This document shows, in pieces, positions 1 through 8,031 of a stretch of 32,000 nucleotides of DNA. The DNA is from Pseudoalteromonas tetraodonis (GTDB lineage Bacteria > Pseudomonadota > Gammaproteobacteria > Enterobacterales > Alteromonadaceae): the NCBI RefSeq assembly GCF_002310835.1, contig NZ_CP011042.1:150001-182000 (forward strand), written 5' to 3'. Made by a program: the position numbers and the translations under genes. Position 1 is the stretch's first letter. Each line of letters begins with the position of its first letter. The notes beneath the pieces are model-generated. The model was given only the letters and a program-made list of their open reading frames with translations. It searched no databases and was not told where the DNA came from.

Positions 1-247
1 AAATGCCGTTTTGCATATCTATAATATAGTAGGCATTTGGATTGTCGTAAATGTAAGCAATGCTGTAAGCTTTTGTTCCTGCGAGACTTCTTGCAGCAAG
101 GTTAGGCTGAAAGTTCAACTTTTTAACCGACGCCATGACTTTCTCACGGGTGTTGTCACGCACCGAGGTTTCGTTATTTATTACTCGTGATACCGTTTTT
201 ATTGATACCCCGGCATCTTTTGCCACGTCGTTTATTGTTGTTCTCAT
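1..247 (-). CDS. nagR: LacI-family transcriptional repressor, N-terminal part only (the gene continues past the left window edge). Probably NagR of the adjacent GlcNAc locus.
   Basis: Absent from the ORF track because the window edge truncates it. The reverse complement from the ATG at 247..245 reads MRTTINDVAKDAGVSIKTVSRVINNETSVRDNTREKVMASVKKLNFQPNLAARSLAGTKAYSIAYIYDNPNAYY. This is the canonical LacI/GalR HTH (DVA..AGVS..TVSRV.N .. V.....L.Y.PN..AR.L). The gene is divergent from hex and lies next to CG-centred palindromic operators. Confidence 0.85.
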   Translation of the reverse strand, partial: MRTTINDVAKDAGVSIKTVSRVINNETSVRDNTREKVMASVKKLNFQPNLAARSLAGTKAYSIAYIYDNPNAYYIIDMQNGI

Positions 248-568
248 AGGCTTAATAGACCTTTACATATCATTTTGGGTACTAATTTATCTTTATCGGT
301 TAACAACTACAGCAAAAGCAGTTAACAGTGCTCGGTTTTTATTATTTGACGGCTAAATTATAAAGACATCATTGAATATTAACAGTTAATTTATACGCCT
401 TTCTTGTGAGAATGGTAGATAAAGTTTTAGGTAATAATTTAGTCATATTTAAATTTAATTTAAATACAATAGTTTAAAAGAATATTAAGCACATACATGT
501 AAATTTTTTGTATCTTTTTTGCCCTTCTGTGTAGCTATAAAAGAAAAAAAAGGATACATTAACAACTT

Positions 569-586
569 AATGACAGCGTTGTCATA
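569..586. promoter_or_regulatory. Candidate NagR (LacI-type) operator in the nagR/hex divergent intergenic region
   Basis: AATGACAGCGTTGTCATA matches the reverse complement of the site at 3507..3524 at 17 of 18 positions. It has inverted arms TGACA/TGTCA around a central CG, which is the hallmark of LacI-family operators. Confidence 0.7.
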
Positions 587-756
587 AATTGGTGCGCGCT
601 GTTAATTATTATTTAAACCCTAGGGTAGCGGATTGTGTGCGCTAAGGTGGCAATTGCTAGATGTGAATAGTGATTGATTTAAAAGCGGGATTAATTTAAG
701 TATCTGAAAGAGATACTTGAGTGACTAAGTTAATAACAATAGAGGGAAAGTAGCGA

Positions 757-3447
757 ATGAAGATTAAATCATTACTGACAGCATGCTGCTTAGCACTGGG
801 TTTGAGTGCGTGTCAGGGCAATGTTGATGAACAAAATACGGTATCGGTTCAGCTAAGCCCTGCAAACGATAGCGCCGTAGAGTTACTTGCTAAAACCTTA
901 CAAATAAAATATCAGCAGGTTGATAACCGTCCATCAGCACAGTGCGATCCAGATATAGAAAACGGTCACTGTTTTAAAGCGTATTTACATTTAACCGCCA
1001 ACTCGGCGATTAACTTTGACCAATGGAAAATTTACTTTAGTCAAATTACACCTATTCAAACGGCGGTTAGCGATGAATTTACTATTAAACGTGTTAATGG
1101 CGATATTCATGTCATTGAGCTTAAAGACGGGTTTACTGGCTTTAAAGCGGGTGAGACTAAAACGATTACTTTTTATGCGCACTTTTGGTCATTATCGCAA
1201 AGCGACGCAATTCCTAATTATATAGTTGTTAATAATAATGACACCGCTAAAGTGATTGAAAGCACAAAACCTAAAATTGACCCAGAGACAGGGTTAGAGG
1301 TGTTGCCACATGTTATGCCTTACACCGATTATGAACGTCAGTTTAAACGTACCGCGAATGATAAAACGCAGTGGCTTAGCGCTGAGCGCTTGTTTGAGCG
1401 CAATGAAAAATATGACTTTTCTGCTTATTTAACGTCGCAAAATCAAGTGAGCAATGTGATTGCTCAACAAATTATTCCGTCCCCACGTTTTAGCGAATTT
1501 AGCCAAACTCAAACGCTAGATATAAGCCAAGGGCTTAATATTAACTACTCAGGAATAGATAAAACACACTTATCTGCCGCAACACAAAGGTTAGCACTAC
1601 TAGGTATTAATATAAGCGATGATGCAGCGGCCATTAAGGTCACACTTAATACAGTAACTAAAAATGATGAATTTGAAGGCAGCTATAAGTTAGCGATTAA
1701 AGCTGATGAAATTGTGATTAATGCCGCTGATGAAGCGGGCATTTTTTATGCTTTGCAAAGCTTAGCGAGTTTGTATCAGGTTAACAGTAATATGTTACCT
1801 GTGGGAGAAGTAATTGATGCACCGCATTATCAGTTTAGAGGTGTGTTGGTGGATGTTGCGCGTAACTTTCGCGACAAAGGCTTTATTTTAAAGCTGCTTG
1901 ATCAAATGGCGGCTTATAAACTTAATAAGCTGCATTTACATTTAGGTGATGATGAAGGTTGGCGTATAGAAATCCCATCACTTCCTGAACTTACGGATAT
2001 AGGGGCGAAGCGTTGTTTTGATCAAAGCGAGCAACAATGTTTAATGCCACAGTTGGGCGCAGGGCTTGATACTTCAAGTGCAGCAAACGGCTATTATTCG
2101 GTGGCTGATTATCAAGAAATACTTAAAGCGGCGAGTGCGCGTCATATTCAAGTGATCCCATCACTTGATATGCCAGGGCATTCTCGCGCTGCAATTAAAG
2201 CCATGCAAGCGCGTTATAATAAATACATAAAACAAGGCGATAAACAAAAAGCCGAGCAGTTTTTACTTTATGATCCGCTTGATACAACCGTGTATTCGTC
2301 GGTACAGCACTATAACGACAATACCATTAATGTGTGTTTAGACTCATCGTATGCGTTTATTCGTGAAGTAATGGAACAGGTAAAAGGCATACACAGTGAT
2401 GCACAGCATCCGTTAACCCGTTATCACATAGGCGCCGATGAAACCGCCGGAGCGTGGGTTGACTCACCAGCTTGTGCTGATTTTATTAAACAAAATAAGT
2501 TAGAAATTACTGAAGCGAGTCAGCTGGGCAGCTATTTTATTGAACGTATTGCGAATATGTTGGCTGATATGAATATTGAAACCGCTGCATGGAGCGATGG
2601 TTTATCGCATACTAATCCAGAGAATATGCCAGAGGTTGTACAAGGTAATAGCTGGGATTTATTAATGTGGAACGGCCATCAACGTGCCCATGAATTTGCT
2701 AATAGAAATTGGCAAGTGGTACTCTCGTCGCCAGATGTGCTGTATTTTGACTTTCCGTATGAAGCAGACCCACAAGAGCACGGCTATTACTGGGCTTCAA
2801 GGCATATAAATACCGAAAAAATATTTCAGTTTATGCCAGATAATTTACCTATTCATGCTGAATTTTGGCTCGATAGAGAAGATAATCCCTATGTCGCTGA
2901 TGACACGTTACAGCGTGATGAGCAAGGCAAGGTAGTATCAGCGCCTTTGGCAAAAGATAAACGCTTTATTGGTATTCAAGGGCAGTTATGGAGTGAAAAT
3001 ACGCGCACCAATAATATGGCCGAATATAAGCTCTTCCCACGGTTATTATCGTTGGCACAAAGAGCATGGCATAAGGCAGATTGGGCGGTTCCGTATGATC
3101 ACAATGGCTTTGTTTATAGCCAACAAACAAATCGCTTTAGCTCAGCATTAAAACAGCAGCGCGATCAGCAATGGCAGACTTTTGCAGCCACAATGGGATT
3201 AAAAGAATTTCCTAAGCTAGAAATGGCTGATGTGCATTATCGTCTTGCAAATGCGGGCGCAAAAATTGAGAACGGCATGTTGTACGCCAATATTGCCTAC
3301 CCTGGTTTGGTAATTGAATACAAACAAGGAAGCGGCCAATGGCAAACCTATAAACAACCCGTCAAAGTAACACAAGATGTATGGATTCGCTCTAAGACTC
3401 CATCAGCAAGTCGTGTAAGCAGAAAGCTCAAAGTAACGCACCGATAA
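757..3447 (+). CDS. hex: Beta-N-acetylhexosaminidase / chitobiase, glycoside hydrolase family 20, predicted lipoprotein
   Basis: 896-aa ORF with RBS AGAGGGA 9 nt upstream. The N-terminus MKIKSLLTACCLALGLSAC has a lipobox (LSAC, Cys19 at 811..813). GH20 signatures are present: HLHLGDDEGWRIEIPSLPELT and the catalytic pair in RYHIGADE (D-E at 2437..2442). Size and domain order resemble Vibrio/Serratia chitobiases. Confidence 0.93.
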   Translation: MKIKSLLTACCLALGLSACQGNVDEQNTVSVQLSPANDSAVELLAKTLQIKYQQVDNRPSAQCDPDIENGHCFKAYLHLTANSAINFDQWKIYFSQITPIQTAVSDEFTIKRVNGDIHVIELKDGFTGFKAGETKTITFYAHFWSLSQSDAIPNYIVVNNNDTAKVIESTKPKIDPETGLEVLPHVMPYTDYERQFKRTANDKTQWLSAERLFERNEKYDFSAYLTSQNQVSNVIAQQIIPSPRFSEFSQTQTLDISQGLNINYSGIDKTHLSAATQRLALLGINISDDAAAIKVTLNTVTKNDEFEGSYKLAIKADEIVINAADEAGIFYALQSLASLYQVNSNMLPVGEVIDAPHYQFRGVLVDVARNFRDKGFILKLLDQMAAYKLNKLHLHLGDDEGWRIEIPSLPELTDIGAKRCFDQSEQQCLMPQLGAGLDTSSAANGYYSVADYQEILKAASARHIQVIPSLDMPGHSRAAIKAMQARYNKYIKQGDKQKAEQFLLYDPLDTTVYSSVQHYNDNTINVCLDSSYAFIREVMEQVKGIHSDAQHPLTRYHIGADETAGAWVDSPACADFIKQNKLEITEASQLGSYFIERIANMLADMNIETAAWSDGLSHTNPENMPEVVQGNSWDLLMWNGHQRAHEFANRNWQVVLSSPDVLYFDFPYEADPQEHGYYWASRHINTEKIFQFMPDNLPIHAEFWLDREDNPYVADDTLQRDEQGKVVSAPLAKDKRFIGIQGQLWSENTRTNNMAEYKLFPRLLSLAQRAWHKADWAVPYDHNGFVYSQQTNRFSSALKQQRDQQWQTFAATMGLKEFPKLEMADVHYRLANAGAKIENGMLYANIAYPGLVIEYKQGSGQWQTYKQPVKVTQDVWIRSKTPSASRVSRKLKVTHR

Positions 3448-3506
3448 AGTGCGTTTTCCTTTAAATTATTGAAGATGAAAGAAGTTATTTATTTGTAAAT
3501 AAAAAT

Positions 3507-3524
3507 AATGACAACGCTGTCATT
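3507..3524. promoter_or_regulatory. Candidate NagR operator upstream of the nagK-nagB-nagA-nagP operon
   Basis: AATGACAACGCTGTCATT has perfect 7-bp inverted arms (AATGACA/TGTCATT) around a CG-containing centre. It sits 87 nt upstream of the nagK ATG and overlaps the likely promoter (TGcTAGTAT-like extended -10 just downstream). A half-site TGACAG recurs at 3551..3556. Confidence 0.75.
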
Positions 3525-3610
3525 TGTGCTAGTATAAGATTCATACAGTATGACAGTCCGGTTTTATTTTCAGTGTTTTGCAAAACGGTCGAACAAATTA
3601 AGAGGCAAAA

Positions 3611-4522
3611 ATGATCACCAACAATATTAATAACAATCAACTCTTTGTGGGGATCGATGGCGGTGGCACTAAATGTAAAGCAATTATCGTCAATAGCTGT
3701 AATGAAATAGTAGGCACCGGTGTGGCAGGCCCTGGTAACCCGTTACATGGATTTAGCCAAGCAACGCATTCCATTGAGCAATCAGCGCGTTTAGCCTTGC
3801 AAGATGCAGGACTCAAAGAGACGCCTTTATCTGCATTAATCGCAGGGGTTGGCCTGGCGGGAGTTAACTTACCAAGTTTGCATAATCAAATGACCCAGTG
3901 GCAACACCCATTTAAAACTATGCATTTAACGACTGATTTACTCATTGCTTGTATGGGCGCTCATCAAGGTAGTGATGGCGCAGTGATGATTGCAGGTACT
4001 GGCTCGTGTGGATTTTCATACGTTAATGGTCAATCGTTTATGATTGGTGGTCATGGTTTCCCGCATGGCGATAAAGGCAGCGGTGCATGGATAGGCTTTA
4101 CTGCTTGTCAGCAGGTGTTGTTAAGCCTAGACAAGTTAATCCCAAGTGGTGCGCTTACTAATTTGATTATGAAGTATTTAGAAGTGCGTGATGCAATGCA
4201 ACTTGTTGAAGTAATTGCGAATAAACCCGCCGCCTTTTTTGCGCAACTTGCAGGTTGTGTTTTTCAATCAGCACAAGCAAACGATGCCATTGCGATTGCC
4301 ATTTTAAAAGAAGGTGGCGCGTACTTAAGCGATATTGCACGTCAACTATTAGATAAAAACCCACCAAGGCTTTCGTTTATCGGTGGCTTATTAGCCGTGA
4401 TGACAACATGGTTAGATCCAGACATTCAAGCTATTTTATCAGCCCCATTATCGTCACCAGAAATGGGGTCTGTACTTTACGCTAAACAACAGCACGTTAA
4501 TTACAGCAGCCAGGAGTTATGA
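3611..4522 (+). CDS. nagK: N-acetylglucosamine kinase, BadF/BadG/BcrA/BcrD ATPase family (Shewanella-type NagK)
   Basis: 303 aa with RBS AAGAGG. It has the phosphate-1 motif FVGIDGGGTKCKAIIV and the later motifs IAGTGS and GHGFPHGDKGSGAWIG, typical of the ASKHA-fold GlcNAc kinases. First gene of the nag operon. Its stop overlaps the start of the next gene (ATGA). Confidence 0.85.
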   Translation: MITNNINNNQLFVGIDGGGTKCKAIIVNSCNEIVGTGVAGPGNPLHGFSQATHSIEQSARLALQDAGLKETPLSALIAGVGLAGVNLPSLHNQMTQWQHPFKTMHLTTDLLIACMGAHQGSDGAVMIAGTGSCGFSYVNGQSFMIGGHGFPHGDKGSGAWIGFTACQQVLLSLDKLIPSGALTNLIMKYLEVRDAMQLVEVIANKPAAFFAQLAGCVFQSAQANDAIAIAILKEGGAYLSDIARQLLDKNPPRLSFIGGLLAVMTTWLDPDIQAILSAPLSSPEMGSVLYAKQQHVNYSSQEL

Positions 4523-5520
4523 TGTTTAACACCCTAATGGAAAAAGAAGCGGCGCAAACGCCAAATGTTATTGAAAAGCAAATTATTGCCAACCAACCTT
4601 TAGTGGAAAAAATTGGTCATAAGCTTCGCGATATGGCCCCTAAGGTGGTGATGATGATTGGTCGCGGTTCATCAGATCATGCTGGCGTTTTTGGTAAGTA
4701 CTTAATTGAAATTGAAGCCGGTGTACCGGTCAGTTCAGCAGCGCCATCAGTGGCGAGTGTATATGGTAAAACATTAAAGCTTGAAGGCGCTGTGGTGATT
4801 GTAATTTCTCAATCAGGACGCAGCCCAGATATTCTCGCTCAAGCAAAAATGGCGAAAGAGGCGGGCGCTTATTGTATTGCACTGGTTAACGATGAAGCGT
4901 CACCATTGCAAGACATAGTAGATGATTTTGTCCCCCTTAAAGCCGGTGATGAAATTTCGGTGGCGGCAACAAAAAGTTACTTAGCCACGTTATCGGCATT
5001 GGTACATATTGTTGCTAATTGGACGCAAAATGAGTCATTATTACAAGGGCTTAAAGAGCTGCCTAGCGCGCTTGATGCAATGATAGACTCGCCAACTCAG
5101 TTACAGCCTAGTGAGTTTGCAAACATTAAGAACATGGTGGTATTAGCCCGTGGTTTAGGGTTTTCTATCTCAAAAGAAATGGCACTTAAGCTTAAAGAAG
5201 TGTGTGCTATTCATGCTGAGTCATTCAGTAGTGCAGAATTTTTACATGGTCCGGTAACCTTAGTTGAGCAAGGGTTAGTGATTTTAGATTGCTCGGTTGA
5301 TGATGAAACTAAAGAGTCACATCAGCAGCAAATTGCTGAGGTTAAAAAACGCGGTGCACACGTGATTAGCCTTAATCAAAACGGTATTAACGTACACCCT
5401 CGATTAGCGCCATTTTTAGTATTGCAGCGTTTTTATCTTGATGTGGCAAAAGTAGCGTTAAGCCGTGGTTTTAACCCTGATGAGCCTAAGGGGCTTAAAA
5501 AAGTAACAAGGACATTATAA
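4519..5520 (+). CDS. nagB: SIS-domain glucosamine-6-phosphate deaminase/isomerase (NagB-II type, GlmS C-terminal-like)
   Basis: 333 aa. The SIS motifs GRGSSDHAGVFGKYLIE and VISQSGRSPDIL are present, plus a second SIS repeat (VLARGLGFSISKEMALKLKE). It lies between nagK and nagA. The start could be the second ATG at 4522, which gives better spacing from AGGAG at 4512..4516. Confidence 0.85.
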   Translation: MMFNTLMEKEAAQTPNVIEKQIIANQPLVEKIGHKLRDMAPKVVMMIGRGSSDHAGVFGKYLIEIEAGVPVSSAAPSVASVYGKTLKLEGAVVIVISQSGRSPDILAQAKMAKEAGAYCIALVNDEASPLQDIVDDFVPLKAGDEISVAATKSYLATLSALVHIVANWTQNESLLQGLKELPSALDAMIDSPTQLQPSEFANIKNMVVLARGLGFSISKEMALKLKEVCAIHAESFSSAEFLHGPVTLVEQGLVILDCSVDDETKESHQQQIAEVKKRGAHVISLNQNGINVHPRLAPFLVLQRFYLDVAKVALSRGFNPDEPKGLKKVTRTL

Positions 5521-6648
5521 ATGTCAGTAAAACGTATTCATGTAGCAGAACTTTTTGATGGCGAGCAATTTGTTAACGACAAAGTGTTGAGCATTGATGC
5601 GGGTATTATTACGGCAATAGATGATAACGTGCAACAGGCAGATGAGCACCTAACGGGGTTAGTTGCGCCAGGCTTTATTGACATGCAAGTAAATGGTGGC
5701 GGTGGTGTATTGTTTAATCGTACTAGCAGTGTTGCTGGGGTTAAACAAATGCTGCTGGCACATGCCAAGTATGGCACAACTGCCATGTTGCCGACTTTAA
5801 TTACTGACACGGTTGAAGTGATGCACCAAGCAGCCGATGTCATTGCTGATGCTATTGCTTTGCAGACTCCCGGTATTATTGGTATTCACTTTGAAGGCCC
5901 GCACTTATCTGTTGCAAAAAAAGGCGCTCATAGTGCTGATTATATTCGCCCTATTTCTGAACAAGAATGGCAGGTATTATCTCGCCAAGATTTAGGTAAA
6001 GTGGTGGTAACAGTTGCACCTGAAAATGTTCTGCCAAGTGATATCGCTAAAATGCGTGAGGTAGGCATACACGTTTGTTTAGGTCATACCAATGCAAGCT
6101 TTGCTCAAGCTCAGCGCGCGGTTGATGCTGGCGCAACCGGATTTACGCATTTATATAATGCTATGTCGCCATTACAGGGGCGTGAGCCAGGTGTTGTAGG
6201 CTGTGCATTATTAAACGATGACACCTATTGCGGCCTAATTGTTGATGGGCATCATGTTGATTACGCTGCATGTCAGCTTGCGTTAAAAGCAAAGCCAATG
6301 GGTCGTGTTTTTTTAGTCACTGATGCGATGCCACCAGTGGGTACGAATGACACCGAATTTGCTTTTTTTGACCGTACCGTCACCTTAGATAATGGTAAGC
6401 TCACCTCTACCACGGGAGAACTGGCAGGATCTGCGCTTGATATGGCAACCGCAGTAAGAAATACAGTAACCCATTTAAAGCAGCCATTAGCGCAAGCGCT
6501 TAATATGGCGAGTTTATATCCTGCTCAGTATTTAAAGTTGCCTGCCACACACGGGCGATTAATACCGGGTAGTCCAGCAGATTTTGTACAATTAAACACA
6601 CAACAACAAGTCATTAGCACGTGGATTGGCGGCGCTCAGGTTTGTTAA
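5521..6648 (+). CDS. nagA: N-acetylglucosamine-6-phosphate deacetylase
   Basis: 375 aa with the start directly after the nagB stop (TAAATG). It carries the amidohydrolase/NagA motifs GFIDMQVNGGGG, HFEGPHLS, LGHTNA, THLYNAM and VDGHH. Confidence 0.95.
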   Translation: MSVKRIHVAELFDGEQFVNDKVLSIDAGIITAIDDNVQQADEHLTGLVAPGFIDMQVNGGGGVLFNRTSSVAGVKQMLLAHAKYGTTAMLPTLITDTVEVMHQAADVIADAIALQTPGIIGIHFEGPHLSVAKKGAHSADYIRPISEQEWQVLSRQDLGKVVVTVAPENVLPSDIAKMREVGIHVCLGHTNASFAQAQRAVDAGATGFTHLYNAMSPLQGREPGVVGCALLNDDTYCGLIVDGHHVDYAACQLALKAKPMGRVFLVTDAMPPVGTNDTEFAFFDRTVTLDNGKLTSTTGELAGSALDMATAVRNTVTHLKQPLAQALNMASLYPAQYLKLPATHGRLIPGSPADFVQLNTQQQVISTWIGGAQVC

Positions 6649-6680
6649 CAACATAATAAATATAAATAAAGGAAAATAAC

Positions 6681-7976
6681 ATGACAACCAATGTTATGGA
6701 TACGTCCAAAAATAGTAGCGTGGTTCCAATGGCCATTGTTGCGGTATTATTTTTTATACTGGGCTTTGCTACTTGGCTAAATGGCTCATTAATGCCGTAT
6801 TTAAGTCAAATTTTACAGTTAACTCCGTTTCAAGGGTCGTTAATTTTATTTTCCTTTTATATTGCCGTCACCTTTACTGCGCTTCCCTCGGCCGTGTTAA
6901 TTAAAAAAGTTGGCTATAAGAACGGGATGGCGCTTGGCATGGGGTGTATGATGTTAGCGGGTTTACTGTTTATTCCTGCTGCTATGTCACAGTTTTTTCC
7001 TCTTTTTTTATTAGCCCAGTTAGTGATGGGCGCAGGTCAAACTCTATTACAAACTGCGGTTAACCCGTACGTAGTGCGTTTAGGGCCAGAAGAGTCGGCT
7101 GCTGTGCGTATTAGTATTATGGGTATTTTAAATAAAGGCGCAGGGGTTATTTCTCCGATGGTATTTACGGCCTTAATTTTAAGCAACTTTACCGGTACGG
7201 TAGGCACAGAGCTTAGCCAAGAGCAAGTTGATGATATGGCCAACGGCCTTATTTTACCTTACTTAGGCATGGCCATATTTATTGGTTTATTAGCTTTTGC
7301 GGTTAAAAAGTCGCCGCTACCTGAACTTATTAATGATGAAGTTGACGCAATAAACGATAAGGGTGAAATTCGTGAAACACTCTCTCATCCAAACTTAGTG
7401 TTAGGCGCTATTGCGATATTTTTGTACGTGGCGGTTGAGGTTATTGCAGGCGATACCATAGGTACTTTTGCACTATCGCTGGGAGTCGAAAAATATGGGG
7501 TAATGACCTCATACACTATGATGTTTATGGTGTTTGGTTATATTTTAGGTATTTTACTTATCCCTAAATTTATTTCTCAGCAGAGCGCTTTAACCGCATC
7601 GGCTGTATTAGGGATTGTTATTACATTATGTATTTTACTGCTTGATGCACAGTCGTTTGTTATTGCCAATGCGCTATTGGTGCCTTTAGGCGGCGCTAAT
7701 TTGCCTGATGTTTTACTGCTGATTGCCTTTTTAGGCTTAGCAAACGCGATTGTTTGGCCTGCGGTGTTCCCACTAGCATTATCAGGGTTGGGTAAACTTA
7801 CTAGTACTGGTTCTGCGCTTTTAATTATGGGGATTGCCGGAGGTGCATTTGGTCCCGTTTTATGGGGGCTACTGAGTGGCTTTACCTCGTTACAAACAGG
7901 CTACTCGGTGTTGTTACCTTGTTATCTATTCATATTATTTTATGCCGTGAAAGGCCATAAAATGAAAAAGCAATAA
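6681..7976 (+). CDS. nagP: MFS sugar:H+ symporter of the glucose/galactose (FucP/GluP) family. Probably the GlcNAc permease NagP.
   Basis: 431 aa with RBS AAAGGA. About 12 hydrophobic segments are split by a central hydrophilic loop (PELINDEVDAINDKGEIRE). It is the last gene of the nag operon, as in the Shewanella-type pathway. Confidence 0.85.
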   Translation: MTTNVMDTSKNSSVVPMAIVAVLFFILGFATWLNGSLMPYLSQILQLTPFQGSLILFSFYIAVTFTALPSAVLIKKVGYKNGMALGMGCMMLAGLLFIPAAMSQFFPLFLLAQLVMGAGQTLLQTAVNPYVVRLGPEESAAVRISIMGILNKGAGVISPMVFTALILSNFTGTVGTELSQEQVDDMANGLILPYLGMAIFIGLLAFAVKKSPLPELINDEVDAINDKGEIRETLSHPNLVLGAIAIFLYVAVEVIAGDTIGTFALSLGVEKYGVMTSYTMMFMVFGYILGILLIPKFISQQSALTASAVLGIVITLCILLLDAQSFVIANALLVPLGGANLPDVLLLIAFLGLANAIVWPAVFPLALSGLGKLTSTGSALLIMGIAGGAFGPVLWGLLSGFTSLQTGYSVLLPCYLFILFYAVKGHKMKKQ

Positions 7977-7998
7977 CCTCCACCAGCTATCCCTAGCT

Positions 7999-8027
7999 CA
8001 GTGCACTTTGCAGTATAAAGTGCACTG
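7999..8027. terminator. Hairpin between the convergent nagP and DUF2235 genes (possible bidirectional terminator)
   Basis: A perfect 11-bp stem CAGTGCACTTT / AAAGTGCACTG with a 7-nt loop. There is no clear T-tract on either side. Confidence 0.5.
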
Positions 8028-8031
8028 ATTA

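Noticed and set aside
135-356. 73-aa ORF on the + strand
   Set aside because: It lies antisense to the clearly recognisable LacI-family HTH coding region (1..247, minus strand). The product is low-complexity and hydrophobic, and there is no RBS.
991-1225. Two short ORFs (991..1182 minus, 1016..1225 plus) inside hex
   Set aside because: Both are fully nested in the GH20 chitobiase gene in alternative frames. They are typical shadow ORFs with a Lys/Leu/Phe-rich AT-biased composition.
2969-3151. 60-aa ORF on the + strand inside hex
   Set aside because: It is nested out of frame within the hex coding sequence and has no independent signals.
3575-3586. Perfect 12-bp palindrome GTTTTGCAAAAC in the nagK leader
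   Set aside because: It is short and AT-rich, matches no known operator consensus I can name (neither CRP-like nor NagR-like), and is likely chance or a small leader hairpin.
4167-4367. 66-aa minus-strand ORF inside nagK
   Set aside because: Antisense shadow ORF within a well-supported gene.
5538-5843. 101-aa minus-strand ORF inside nagA
   Set aside because: Antisense shadow ORF. nagA motifs on the + strand are unambiguous.
7037-7243. 68-aa minus-strand ORF inside nagP
   Set aside because: Antisense shadow ORF within the MFS permease.
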